A program made the position numbers and the translations under genes. From assembly GCF_036321535.1 (NCBI RefSeq), contig NC_087436.1, forward strand, positions 30,258,001-30,322,000: a stretch of 64,000 bases of DNA. The letters are read 5' to 3'. This DNA comes from Camelus dromedarius (lineage: Eukaryota). Under the pieces are notes generated by a model, which had not been told where the DNA came from, searched no databases, and was given only the letters and a program-made list of their open reading frames with translations. Positions 25,901-39,800 of this stretch are shown piece by piece (the stretch's first letter is position 1; each line of letters begins with the position of its first letter).

Positions 25901-28900
25901 TTCTAGATTATATACATATTTATCTATAGAATATAAGCTCCACAACATTGTGTCTTATTCACCAAGATTATATACCTAGTGTTTTGTTTGTAACATTTCT
26001 TAAACTGATATAGTTTTGATTCTCTCTGTCTCTGTCTCTCTTTTTCTCTCTCTCACTCACTCTCCAGATACAGAAAGATATTAATAGACAAATATAATTG
26101 ACTATTCTGAAGTGAGCATTTGGACAGGAATGTGATTAATGAAGTGGCACAGTTTTGGTTTCATCTATCAATGAGATAAAACCCTTGCATATTCATTGTA
26201 CATCTTAATTGTCCTAAGTGTACCAATAATTCTGAAGCCTTTGCTCACACACTATGTTGCTGTTTGTTAACTTGAGATTTTCAATACTAAGTGGTTAAAA
26301 GAGTAACTATTTTAATTTTTATATACCTTAACAATATTGCTTATTTAAATTTTTATGGTTGATAAAATGTGTTGATGAATTTGTGGAAACAATATTTTAC
26401 CTAAATTTTTATATAATAAGATTCAGATGTTTATTTCATCAATAATATTATCTACACTTAAATTGTATAACTGAGAGTTTTGTATTACAGGGGTATTACA
26501 GCCAACATTTTAATAGTGATTACAAATTTTTAGGCAAATAAGTCAATATCAATGAGATATTAAACATGGGATGAAAACTAAAAATGATAATGACCTTTTA
26601 GTGATGCTTTTTATAACCCACATGGATTCAAACATCAACATTTATATTGCCAGCAGGACTACAGAAGTCAAGTGATTACAATAAGAGATGAAAATAATTT
26701 CCCAGGTCTTTACATTTTTATTATTCTTCTATAATACATACTTAGCTAAAGAGATAAATCTTTTCTCCCTTTCTCCATCATCACTTCAAAGATTTCATCA
26801 TTTAAAAAATTTTATTATTTTTATGTACTTAATGAAGTGTTTTGTGTTTTGATAATTATCATTTGAGTCTTTTTTTCTAAATCTTTTTATACTCCAAGAG
26901 CTTATACAAAGCTTTAATTTTAGACGTGTTCATTTTAGTAATGTGGTAGTAATAATGCATGCAATTCACAGAATATTGAACTATAACCACCCTATTTTTA
27001 TGTGCCAAAGATGAACCTGTCAACTGTATCAAATAGCAGTATTGTTTTAATGTAATCATTTGAAAAACTCGGTAAAAGTTAAGAGAAACACAGAAAAAGT
27101 AGAGAACAACCATGAGGACGTAAACCCTGAATTTAAATATACATATATACATATATATGTGTGTGTATATATATAGTGTTCAATAGTTGCTGTTCCAATT
27201 CAAATAGCCAAGATGTATTAAAATAAAATGAAGTTGGAATAGGCTGTGTAGAAGAAAATTTCTCATGCATTAACTAAGATTATCTCAAATAAAATATTTT
27301 GCAACACTTGACTCAACTGTTTTCTTTCAATATAAGTGGATTCTAGTACATAGAAATGATAGAAATTCATAATATTCAACCTGTGAAAACTGCGTAAGAG
27401 AGCAAAAACATAAATAAGAGAAAAAATATTTTTTCACACGAAGAGGACTTAAATATATGAACAGGGATCAAGAAAGCACATTCTCACATAACAGAATGCA
27501 GTTATATATCTTTTATTTATTTAAACCAAAGTTATTTTATCTCCTCAGAAATACAACTTTGTCTGAACAACACACTTTTATTTTCAATTGGCTTATTCTC
27601 ATGCTTTGTTTCTGACCTTTCAAACATACCTTCTTGTGCCACGTGATAGTTTAATGAAGAGAAATATCATGAACAGCTGTGTTCAGCAGGTCCTGAAAAA
27701 AATTATACTATTAAACAAATAACATGAAAAGACTAAACAGAACCACTAGCAATGAGGTACTGGAAGTCAGCCAGTCTGCAGGCAATTAAAGGATGGCTGT
27801 TGGTTCACTAGCCTGCTAGGCTAAGATTTATGGAGAATAAATACAAATAAAACCCCAGAGCATTTCTGTGAGACATTGTACACAAGAGGTGAAATGGGGG
27901 TAACTACAAAGGAAGAAAGTGTAAGCACTTAAAATATATATTGAATTATGACCTCTAGCAATATGACACTGCTACAAACTACTTGGCAAGAATAGTGGCA
28001 TGCAGAATTACCAAGATTTAAAAATAGAAAAAGGATAGCTCATGTTGAACAGAGACATTAAAAACAATGAAATGCTTGAAGAAACATAATGAGTGGCACT
28101 GCTCACCAAACACAATATATTTTATATATGGAGGGGCTGAGCTTATCTTGGTCTTTTCTTTATTACCCACTTAAATGTTCTTTTCAAAAAAGTATATTCA
28201 CCATCATACTCTGAATGTCTACCTTGAGAAAGAAAAAAAAATCTAATTTGTACATATTTTAATTGATTCTTATCATGCTTCTTGATAATATTTATAAAAT
28301 ATAGAATATGTTTATGCAAAGAAATACATATATACACATACATACACATAACTGTCTACAGTCAAAATGTAACATGGATTAAATGTACTTTAAAGTGTAC
28401 AACTTCACTCAGATATGATTACAAGAGATAAAAACATCTTGATATATTTAATACAACTAGTGTCAAACATGGCATTTGTTTAAAATGACAGTAGGCTGAG
28501 TGCATGTTTATATTAGGAATCCAACAAAGGGTAGATGTTGCTTTATGAGGAAGTAGACAACAGGATAAGAACAGCACGACTTTTGTGGAATAATGGAAGT
28601 GAAACGAGTCACACAAGGCAAGGAAGCACCACCCATCCAGAAAGGGAAAGTTCACCTGAACAGACCAGAACCAATACCCGCTAAGCTAAGCAAGCCCAGT
28701 TTTATTTCAGGCAAACGTGAGCCCTGAGATATTCTGGAGTGAAAAGTATGGTCTCAAGTAGTGCACAGAGGATAAATCTGAAAAGTACTTAAATCAGAAA
28801 AAGGCATAGTTATCACTCCGTGATACGTGCCCACAGGCAGCAGCCCCTAACTTTTGGAAGTGATTTTCTGGATTAGACTCCACCTCTTGTGCAGGAGGAA

Positions 28901-29159
28901 GCTCAAGTTAGGGGATGTTGCAAAGATGAGAGCAGAAGTCTCAACCAAAAAGCACGTATGACAACTTTAACTCTTTATAGTCAAGGTAAGTTTGGCTAAG
29001 AAACAAATGATACTTATAAAGGTAATATGAATCATAAGAAATTTATATTTCACTCTAAAGAATAAAATTACATAATCTGGTGAGTGAGAATCCTAGCATT
29101 CTCACAGGAATTTAAGAAGAGTAACATGTAACTGACTGAATATGCATGCTCAGGGGAAA

Positions 29160-29480
29160 AAAAGGGACTACTGAGATACTTCCTATGCTTCTGACTTAAC
29201 TGGAAAAGAAAATTATGATGAAATATGACACAATATGCTTATTTTAAAATATGCTTTGTTTAATTATTTTTTGAACAACTAGAGGGGAATATCCAATTGG
29301 TTGTTAAAAATGTAGCTCCTGGGCTTGAGAGATTGGAAATGAAAGTAAAGATGGTGATAAAAGTCATGAGTATTAAGTAATCATTGAGAATGAAAGTAAG
29401 AGTGAGGGGTCCCATGGAAAATCTACAGGTGAGAAAAATGCAGAAGGGAAAATATATGTCACAAAACAGAGAAGGCGTGG
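29160..29480 (-). mobile_element. L2 fragment
   Basis: Purine-rich degenerate sequence (atatccaattggttgttaaaaatgtagctcctggg...gtgataaaagtcatgag). Confidence 0.4.
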
Positions 29481-29644
29481 GAATAAATAAAAATTAAAAT
29501 ACTCTAATATATTTGGGAGCTCCCCTCCCCCAAAAAAGATTCTGGTCATAGCACAATTGATGACCTAATTAATGTTTTAAAGTATAGAAGTCAGCTTAAT
29601 TATAGAAACCATAGGACAAATATTTTGCTCAAAGAAAAGTCTCC

Positions 29645-29735
29645 AAACACAGTGAATTTGAAGCTATAACAATAGAAATAATCTCATCTGAAAAAAAGAG
29701 AGAAAATAAACTGGGAAAAAAATGAGCAGAGCCTC
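29645..29735 (+). mobile_element. Old L1 ORF1 fragment
   Basis: agtgaatttgaagctataacaatagaaataatctcatctgaa...aatgagcagagcctc (SEFE..IEII.SE...NEQSL). Confidence 0.65.
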
Positions 29736-29819
29736 TTCTCCTTCTCCAATCTTTATGAAACATCAAAACTCCTTTATTTTACATAGAAAGAGCAAGACAC
29801 TTCCAATCTCTTTTCCAAA

Positions 29820-31998
29820 GACTTGTTAAATATTTTGTTCTTTCTCATAGTATAGAACATAAGGAGCTTGATCATTTTTATGTTTTGCAGAACATCTCAC
29901 TATTCCTCACTGCCACTAAAATGGGGACATCACTCTAGTTGTACCTGTTTATCAGAAAGTGATGATTAACCAACCTCAGTGCCTTGATATTGAGATAAAC
30001 TCTCAGAAGATTCAGAGATCTGCCACACTGGTAAAATGTAGAAGTCTTACCGTGCATGGCATGTTAGAGCCTCTCCTCCAGAGAGAGCAGGAATTGTTTC
30101 ACCTTGTGCTCCCCAATGTAAGAAAGAAGGAGCCAGTCCTTGCTGGACCTCTTTCCATTGTGGAGATGGTACACACCATTCTCGGAAACAAATGATTGGA
30201 CTCATTTCTCAAATGAGTCAGAATGTTATCAGGTTTGAGTTATACGATGTAGTTGTATAATGCAAGGGAGGGCTCTGTAGCAGGTCAAGGCAATGAGTAA
30301 AATGCCACTATTGCTTGGACCATGTGAATCAGCCAATCCAGTGATGTCAGATGAGTCAGAGATACTGACTGTCAATAAGGTTGTTATCTAGATTCCATTG
30401 CAAGGTACAGCAGAAGATTCCTAGTACAAACCCCTGAGGCCAGAAGAAATGCTATGTCAACATTTTTAAAAGCAGATTTTCACATGCTCTGGAGTCTATA
30501 GACACAGAGCTTCTCATCGTGTGGTCTCAAATGAATAAGCAATTAGAGTTGACCAACAAAAAACTGGTTGTATCAGATAAAGAATCCATCATATGATGTA
30601 AATGCTACTTTTGAGATACGGTCTCCACGCATGTTCCATGAACAAATGGCCTAGTCTATACTGTATTATCCAACGCTGTTGCACTGATGCCCATCCTTAC
30701 GAAGTTTCACTATGGCAACTGATAAATGAGGGAAGAACTCAGACCTAGTTGACAGATGAATCAGGTTGCGATGTTATAGCAAGCTGAAAATGAACTGCCA
30801 CACTGAAGCCATAGTCAGAGTGGATCTAGAGAAAAAGAGTGAAGGAAAATCTTCCTAGCATGTAGAGCACTGGGCAGTATACTTGGTCATTTGTTTTTTA
30901 TAGAAGCTATATGGCTTCTATAAAAATTTTTTTATATAGAGCTATATGGCCCAACATATAGCTTTCCCCCAAAAAAGGATTCCCTTTTTTGACTTAAAAA
31001 GAAGGATTTTCTCTCTCTCCTTTTCTGTATGCAACACCTCTGTATCACCAACAGACACAGCATTACAACATAATTGCTATTCTTTGCCATGAGATTTCTA
31101 CAAAAATTTGTCTCATACTAAGACGTCCACAGGTGAAGGACCATAAAGTCTGCAGGTCATACCACGTTTCATAGACTAAAGGCTTCTCACCCAATATAAT
31201 GATTAAAGATCTACTAAAAGTTTGGTTAAGTTACTAGTTTGGAGGGGAAAAAAAAATCCCACATAGTTGGTATGCTATCTATCCTCCAGAATGCAGTGTA
31301 GTTATTGAACTAATGGATAGTGTGTGGTGCTGGGTTTTCCAAAGCTATGGGTCAGGAAATCATGGATCAATCACTCCCTTTGACCCAATAATACAAATTT
31401 TACTTCCTATCCTGATAAACACTAGCTGCTCTACACTGGAGGTCCTATTTCCCTGGAGGAAATTTTCCACCATCAGAGATAGTAAGTTTTTATTAAACTC
31501 AAGGTTCTAAATTATACCTGTTCACATTGGGCAACTCATGCCCGTGAATATAAAGAAAATGAAAGGAAAAAAAGTGATACTGCTACATGTAATCTTTCCT
31601 TACTGCTATGAGAAACTAGGGTAAATTGCTGAACAATGGGGAGAGAAGATCAACAGGGGTTATTGTGGGACTTCCATGTCTGGTGAAAATTGTGAATTAG
31701 CAGTTGCAGAAACCAAAGTTTAACAAAAGCAAGGCAACGCAGGGAGATCTTGCTCACTCCCTGTGGACTAACTAAAACAGTGATTGACTATAAAAGAAAT
31801 CATTGACGAGTGAAGGAGGAGTGGGAATATAACATCAGCCACATATTTAGCGCCAGTTGACATAGTCAGGGCTGCAGCCTGTTGCCCTCGCACACTAATG
31901 ATGTATAGAGGCTGTAACTTCCCACCGCCTTGAGTATGCTGTGATTGGTTGGATTCAATGGAAAGCAGAAGCATAGCCATACAGTCCAAAGGGTGGGC
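29820..31998 (+). mobile_element. Decayed ERV-L-type pol (RT, RNase H, integrase remnants) ending in a polypurine tract
   Basis: ORF 29959-30195 has EINSQKIQRSATLVK (compare ERV-L EINPTKIQGPSTSVKF) and ELFHLVLPNVRKKE (compare KLLHLAPPTTKKE). LLGPCESANPVM at about 30310-30350. EGKSS.HVE..AVYLV at 30841-30890. Ends aaagggtgggc|tgt. Confidence 0.82.
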
Positions 31999-32180
31999 TG
32001 TATCAAACCTTTGTTGATCTCTGCCTCTCATCTTCTCAGGCCCAATTCTGACTACAGTCACAGATAAAGTGTATATTTTTCTCTGCAAGACTTTATTAGT
32101 TTTGTTTATAAAGATTCAAGTACACACCATCATTTTTTCTTCACAAAGCTTCTCTGATGCCATATCAGGGTTCATAAAGC
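31999..32180 (+). mobile_element. Probable 3' LTR start of the preceding ERV-L-type element
   Basis: TG immediately follows the PPT (tgtatcaaacctttgttgatctctgcc). The right boundary is unclear. Confidence 0.4.
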
Positions 32181-32276
32181 GGAGTGCACTCCCCTGGCCC
32201 TCGTAAATGTGTAAAATGAAAATACAGTATCATTAACACAAGGGAACAACCCATAGTTAACTGGAAAGGAATCCAG

Positions 32277-32420
32277 TTTTTTAAATTGAAGTATAGTCGA
32301 TTTACAGTGTTGTGTTAATTTCTGGTGTACAGTATAGTGATTCAGTTGTACATACACTTTTTTTTTCATATTATTTTTTATTACCTGCCATTACAAGATG
32401 TTGAATATAGTTCCCTGTGT
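32277..32420 (-). mobile_element. Short L1 3' tail (artiodactyl-type)
   Basis: ttttttaaattgaagtatagtcgatttacagtgttgtgttaatttctggtgtacag is the reverse complement of the tails at 7600-7665 and 25820-25885. Confidence 0.88.
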
Positions 32421-34479
32421 GGAATAATCTTTTGGCTATAAGAAAACCTTCAAGATTCTGGTTTTTATTTTTTTTTTTAATCATGATTCAAACGTAAGAG
32501 TTTAAAAGTGTTTTAATCCATTGTCTTCCAAATATGCATTATAATTCAACAATAACTTGAAGATATTTGTTAAATAGCGGCCACATAAAAGATTCTACAA
32601 AGGCTACTTCTAAGATACTCCCCAGAGGAGATTTCAATTATGTTATCTCTGTCATCATTTATTTTTAACATTAGTATGGAATTTAAAGTAATGATGAGTG
32701 ATTTTTAAAGTTGTAGGATGAAAATCAAAATAAAAACAAAAAGCAAAACAAGTAAACATAAAACCCAAAGCACCACTATCTCTACTACCATGACAACAAC
32801 AAATCTTATTAGTTAATTGAAATGTTTTGATGACTAATCAGATACTGAAACATTTACTGAAGACTCTGAAGCACATTTTCTATGAATAATAAAAAAATTG
32901 CAACTCAATTATATATATTTTTAAATCAGTGGATATAGAACTATTCCCAACCAGTTATAAGTTACTTAAAACTTGAAGTCACAATTTAAAAATTGAAACT
33001 TTGGGGGTCAATTCTAAAACAAACACTAAGCAGTTATTCCTTTATAATAATTATACATATTAATTCTAAGTGTGGTCACCTGGCTGTGCTTTTCTTTTTG
33101 CGTGAAGATTACCTCTCCAGTGTGGCCTTTTCAATTGGCTTTATTTTATAGATCCTTATTGAAAAAACTAATTTACAAGAGTTGAAAACAGCCAATAACA
33201 CAAAGGCTTTTAAAAGCAGTGGCAAAGCATGTATCTACTTAATCATATTAGGCAGAATATTTGCTCCATCTCCAAATGTTATATACCTGGTAAACTGCTA
33301 TCACTGGGTTTTGTTAGTTTTATTTAAGTGGTATTTCTGGGCCCGCATGATATGCATAAATATTTCTCTGCATTCCTCTATCTTCATGATCAGAATTGCC
33401 ATTGGTGTGCAGAACATGGAAAAGGACTTCAGAAAAAGTGGCATAATGGGGCAAACTATCTAAAAGCAGTTTTGAGCATGTGTAGGCTTTTTTAAAGCTC
33501 TTAAAGGGTAGGCAAAGGTTTGAATGTATCAAAGACAAGTGGGCACGAAGCAACTAATCAGGAATCAGACCAAAACTCCTGAAGTTCACATACATTGAGT
33601 TGTACAGGTTCGATCTGTTACTGTTGGATTTATCACGCCCCGTCCATGTATGTAAGCCTCTTGACTTTAAGCTATACTGACCATAAAATTCTTCAGAGGA
33701 AAATAATATCAAGAGAGATCAGATGTGAAAACTCCTATTTCACACAAGACATGGACAGCCCTACTGGCAGACGTTTTACCCAATCCCACTTCATCTTTCA
33801 TCTGAGCAGGTCAGCAACACCGTAAGGGAAGATGGAGGCAGAAGAGCTTGGCAAGCAGACTGCTGTGGGCCAGGAAGCTCTGCCAAGTCCTGAGAGGTGT
33901 TTCAACCGACAAAGATGGAAGACAACTGTAACATGGAAATTGACTGAGGTTTTAGTAATCATATTAGACTCAATTTATTGGAATGGTGTGAAATAGCATT
34001 ACTGTTCATCAGTACATTAACTTTTGTCTTCCCTTATCAACCCAGTTCAGGAATTTGGCAGATTTGAAATAGAAATTTGATATGGATTAACTATAAAATA
34101 TAAAGACTTTTTACTTGTACAAAACTAGAAAATTTTCTCATCACACTGGACATACATGTTCATGAGATAATTGATTTAACACACCTGATATATTCACTAA
34201 GAATTAGATTAAATGACAACTATTGTCTTGTTCATAGCTCCCAAAAGCACTTCCTAGAAATTGAAATTTAAGAAAAGAATTGTGCTAAAAGTCTCATTCT
34301 TACTCTGATGAACATAGTTAAGCATGCTGCTTTATTGCAGCAATCTTCTCATAATGGCAATGTGAATGATTAATCTTGAGGATGGTCCTAGACTGAATCC
34401 TAAAACACAACATAATTTTTGAAAGACTATTACACATGCCAGTGGTTGCCATGAATAGATTTTTAGAAATTCTTATTTA

Positions 34480-34590
34480 TCCCTATTCCTAATTTTTCAG
34501 TTGAAGAAACATATGAAATGAAAATTAAATGATTGGCTGAAACTGTACAGATAAATACTCAACAGAGACAAGAATCCACCTCTCCTTATG
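34480..34590 (-). mobile_element. MIR fragment
   Basis: cctaatttttcagttgaagaaac...aattaaatgattggctgaaactgtacag resembles the MIR core. Confidence 0.5.
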
Positions 34591-35449
34591 CCGCTCTCCT
34601 TATTGACCTTACTAGAATTCTTACATTGGCTCCCTTAATTTTATGAGGCTGTGCCAGGAATAAATTAAGATTCTATTCTAACTAACTTTTCAATAGAATC
34701 AACCTTGTCACCTGTTAATTTTTTCTCTTTAATTATGCTACTTGTGTTCCATTCACATGTTATATAAAATAATTCTGCTCATGTTTATTATTATATGTGA
34801 GTTTGAGGATGAAGTTTTACTTTCCTTAAACTGTAGCTGACATTACAATTCCATAAACCTAAGTTATCTAATTATGAAATAGGTAGCCACGATGATATTT
34901 TGGTTTTTATTCAAAGAATTTTCGAAGTTTTCCTATTGACCATCATGTTATTAGGATTTTATAAACATACCTCATATGAAAACTGGGTTAACAGATTGAG
35001 GAGTCTATTTAGATCTTAATTATTTGAACATCATTATACCTTATTTCGGAGTATGATTCAGTGTATCAAGATTCCTTGATATCATGAGTAGCAATGAGGA
35101 GGAAACAAATATCCTTACAAATTCCCTTATCACTGACACCAGCACTTAAAAGGTAAGTTACCAAACTTTTCTACCGTTCTACTTTTGCCACACTTGGGTC
35201 TAGATAAATGAGGTTAATGTGTATGTATGTTGTTTGATATAGAAACCTAATTCAACAAAGGATATGTGAATACTAATACAGCACAGTCAAGGCTATTTCA
35301 CAGAATATAAATTGTCCTGAAATAGTTAACACACCAATGATTTTCTAAAATGTCAGAGTTAATCGAATTTGAATTACAGGTGTAATAGATAAAGTTTATA
35401 ATAAATAAATGACTGTAAAGAAGGCATAATTATTACTTTTGAACAATTA

Positions 35450-35560
35450 ATCCATCATTTATTTAAATTTGCATTTATTAAGTACCTAGTATATGCTACA
35501 CTAGGTGCTTACGATATTATGGTTAAGAAAATGGCACCTCTCCTTAAGTTATTTATAGAT
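35450..35560 (-). mobile_element. L2 3' terminus with its stem-loop
   Basis: catttattaagtacctagtatatgctacactaggtgctt. Arms 35480-35490 and 35500-35510 pair 10/11. Confidence 0.65.
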
Positions 35561-37641
35561 AAGTTGAATCTCTGTCCTATTTTCCCAGGAAACTATATAT
35601 TAATTGCTGTTTTTTTAATCAAATTTATTAAGAAGACTCCTTTTACACTCAAATGTACCATCATACATATGATTAATTATATGAGTATCCTATTTGTAAA
35701 CTATTGATAAGACTCATATATAGAAACAATGGAAGAAATTCAAATCAGTAAATTAGATCTTGTTTTTAAAAAGTAAACTAGACCTTTAGTTCCTTTTAAG
35801 TGATTTTAACACCTCTCTTATTTTGAATAGTTTGAATCCTATCCTACCTGCAGCAATTGAGGCAACTTCTTCGAAACCTTAGTGAAAGCCGAATAAATAT
35901 CTGATTATCTATCAACAGAATCAATCTTATACCACAGAAGTCAGTAAATTAATTTTATCCAGCAGTGTTAAGTTCTGTTTGGAGAAAACTATGCAAAGAG
36001 GATTATGACAACATATTATAAATTGACTGTAAATAAACTGTAGTTTCCTCATGAGGAAAAACATATCTGCTCCTACAAATGAGTATTTCATGATGCTCTG
36101 TTTCTCTATTTTTAGATAAAACCTGATATAGGATAGTTGTCATTAGCTTTTTTTGTGTGTGAATGTAGAGTATATTTTAAAGCAATCTACTAAAGAAATA
36201 CTCTTTTGAAAACAACAAAAACAAATTTCCCAAGATGCAACTCTGTGTATATACTAAATTCTATGATGAAACAGAATGAGAGTTGATCCAGGATAAGTAA
36301 GAAAAGTTTGCTTAGAACTCTGAATAAATATTTCTCGCTTGTCTAAGACATTATTCTCTAACTTTGCTTGGATTGAATCTATGTATTAGAAAAACAAGAT
36401 GTTTTTGATAATTCAGTTTTAAAAAACTCAGATTACTGCATGAAGTTTTGAAACATAGAGGTATTAAAATCACGTTTTTGCTAATTTAATGAAGTTTTTT
36501 CATATTTATAAATAATAAGAGAAATATAGATAAACTGTAGTGGAGTCTGTTTCTCCATAGAAATAGTAAGAATGAAAACTGCAGCTCTTCAACTTATATA
36601 AACAATAAACTGTAAAAATAATTCACTTCTCATTGCCAATGAGTAGTATTGTTGCTAATATTTAATGTAAATAATATGAATATTTTCTCTGTACATTTAA
36701 GGGAAAAAAGCTCATATCACATTCCAGAATGTGAGAAAGAGTGGCAATGACTTCCTCATCTTTCTCCACACACACGACTCCTCTCCACACCTAGCAAAGT
36801 GTATTTCTTATAGCATGTGCTCATTAAATATCTGATGGATTGTTATATTAAGAAAATAAATTGAGAGGAATAACTGAGCATTTGTGGTTCTTTGGGGAAA
36901 AAATGAGATGATAAAAGGATATAGGCCTGTCTCTTCAGTTTCTGGATTAAAAAAACAATAATAATAGCCTTGCTAATTCTGGCAACATAAGTGGATGGGA
37001 CTACATTATCCCCAAACCATCCTACAATGCTATTCCCCGTGACATTTTTTTCCTTTGTTAGGGAGGGAAAAAAAAACCCCCACAAAACATTTGAATTATG
37101 TTTGTCAAAAAGAGCTGGAAAGTACCCCATCTTGCAGTTAAATTAAAATGGTTTATAAGGAGATAACCACATAAATGTTATGGTTCAAAACGACATTTTA
37201 AAATTAGCTTGCAATATTTTTATGTTAGCTTAAAATTAAATGTTATAAAGAGTGTATTACTTAGAAGCAATGTTAGTTTCTTTCCTTCTTAGAATTTTCT
37301 TTTCTATAATATTACTAGTTTTTCAAATATTTATCAATAAATTTCCATTTAAAGATCTAAAACTAAGTCTCAAAAGCAACAGCAATACCTATTGAGTTAT
37401 ATTAAAATTAAAATACAGCAATCTACAGTTAGATTTAGGCATGCGTGAATAGTGGTGTCAAACAATTAATAGGCAATATATTATGTATGAGCTTATAATT
37501 CTGAGTAACTAGAAAACAGAAAGTTAAAAAATTTCCCAAACAAAAAGTGAAACCATCCCTTCATTATTAATGATTCACAAAATAGTTACCAACTTTTACT
37601 TAGTCTACCTCTCTATCTAGATGAAGATACAGAAATATCAC

Positions 37642-38037
37642 CATGACAGTTACATTTATGTCAACTTGGAGGGGGTTTTGATCACATTAACACGTAAGTC
37701 AGCAAACTTTGAGTAAAGTAGATTTCCCTCCATAATATGGGCTCATCTAATCAGCTGAAGGCTTGAATTAAAAAAAAAATATATTATTTGACTCCTTGAG
37801 CAGAGCAAGAAGGAGTTCTCCAGGAGATTGTCTTCAGAAGTCATGGGCACCATTAGCTCTCCTGAGTATCCAGCCTTCCGGCCTCCACTGCTGAGTTTGG
37901 ACTCGCCAGCCAACACAATTGTGTAAACCAATTCCTTATAATAAATATTGATTCACTCTCTCTGGATGAGCCTGACTATGGTTCTAGAGGTTCTGTCTCT
38001 ATCAATTCTGTCTCTCTGGATAACTCTTACTAATACA
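37642..38037 (+). mobile_element. MLT2 (ERV-L) LTR
   Basis: tttatgtcaacttgg...gagtaaagtagatttccctccataat...ctcatctaatcagctgaaggcttgaat...aaccaattccttataataaat...ctaataca. Flanked by atcac / atccc (4/5 TSD). Confidence 0.9.
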
Positions 38038-38367
38038 ATCCCCCAAATCAGTTTGACTGAAATTATGTATCTTTATACAGGCATCATCTCTGACCTTATA
38101 GTACCAGCATAAATGATTGCAACATGAAAAAGAAAATAAATCACAATGCCATAAAGTGAAATGTCTAGATAAATTTCTTTGATCAAAAATTTTATTTCTC
38201 AGTTTATGGATACCATCTTAAAAAAACAAAAGCAAACAAACAAACAAAAAGCCTTGACGTTCAGAATAAAGCAGGTCACATCACTTCTGCATCATAAAGA
38301 ATTTTGTGCCACACTAAGCTGGTTTATTTTGTTCCAAATTTGATTTTAAGAAATTTCAGTTATAACA

Positions 38368-38890
38368 TGTATTAGTCTGGGTATAACAGGCTATATTGTG
38401 TTAGCAAGCAACTCTATAGCTTAATAGTTTATGAAAAGACAATTTATTTATCTTATGCTAAATGCCCATTGCAAAATGAATGCATCTCTGCTCTAAGTTT
38501 ATCCTCCCTCTAAGTTCACACTGACGGAGCAGAATCTCTGGGAGAATTGCTTGGCAGAGGGAGTAAAACGATAAGGTTAAGTGTGAGTTGCTTTTAAAGC
38601 TTTAGGAGTGACACATATCAGCACCACACAAATATCACTGGCCAGAATGATTTCCAAGACCTCTTAGGATTTCAAACTCCAAGGATATATAATTTTCTTT
38701 CTTTCTGGGTGGATCATCACAAATCACAATGACTAAGTCTGAGATAATTGGGCAGGAATGGAAGCATAATCCTTCTGCACAGAGAACCCTGCAAATTACA
38801 CTGCCAACATTGACATTGATAGGGTGCAGCAGGATAATCCCTCCTCAGGAAGAGCAGCAAGTGTTTTGAGCAACAATACAATGTAACACA
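38368..38890 (-). mobile_element. Old MLT1 LTR (MLT1I/J/K-like)
   Basis: tgtattagtctgggtataacaggctat...cttttaaagctttaggagtgacacatatca...cactggccagaa...gagcaacaatacaatgtaacaca. Confidence 0.7.
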
Positions 38891-39679
38891 TGTTTGGTGT
38901 CAGTCTAGTAGATAGAACCACACACATTGTCAACAGAGAGGTAACAGAAAGTGATATTTTTGATTCACTAGAAAAATAGTTTTAAACAAGAGCTGTAACA
39001 ACAACAAAAAACTGCCCAATAGGAGTGTGAGTTTTTCAGGTGATAATTAACATCTTGTCTCTAAAATATTCAAATATGCACCCAAAAATGACACCTCAAA
39101 CAACATTACATTGACGTATGCTGGAATCAATAACTTCTAATTCTCATACTATGTCAAGAGCATGTATTTCTCATATGAAGTACTTCTTTGTTCTTGAAAA
39201 GCTTGGAAAGAAGAATGAGATGGAGAAGAAAGACTTGAAAAAATGAGTAAGTAGGAAGAAAAATAAATCAAAAGAAAAATCTGGATTTAGAAATATAACC
39301 CCTTATTAGTACTATTTTTTTTCCTCACAAAAAAAACAGTGATGCAGATTAAAAGAAGAATAAACATTTGTTTAAAAGAATACAATTTGGATAGTATTGC
39401 AGTCAAAACTTTTAGTTTAAAAACACAAAAGAGAATCAACAGATACTATTTAGGTAAATTAAAATTTTCTTTTATAGTGAAATAGTATCATGATTTCCAT
39501 TTTTAAAGCAATAGTTAATGAAATTTTTGTGAAATACAGTATTTTTCTTAGAAATTATATAAAGCTTTTTTTGTGGGAAGAAGAAGAATCTCTTCTTTTT
39601 CTGATGGCTAATCTTACTGATATAATTCAAAATGGTTTTACATGAGACAAGACACTTGAGAAAGTGCATATATTTTTAA

Positions 39680-39800
39680 GTGATACAGATTTGAGTTAAA
39701 ATCTTAATTCAGAATAGGAGCTGGTAATTATGGGCTAACAGTTGCCATCTCTAGATCTTAATATCATGAATAAAATGGTGATAACAATTATATTTCAATC
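39680..39800 (+). mobile_element. MIR fragment
   Basis: acagatttgagttaaaatctt...tgggctaacagttgccatctct...taaaatggtgataaca. Confidence 0.55.

Noticed and set aside
29959..30195. RT-like ORF as a domesticated retroviral gene
   Set aside because: It is short, shifts frame relative to ERV-L pol, and no intact catalytic YxDD motif is visible upstream.
35084..35158. ATG plus a strong donor AAG|GTAAGT
   Set aside because: An in-frame TAA precedes the donor and there is no convincing acceptor. Isolated donor matches are expected by chance.
35480..35510. Hairpin as a novel structured RNA
   Set aside because: It is explained by the stem-loop at the L2 3' end.
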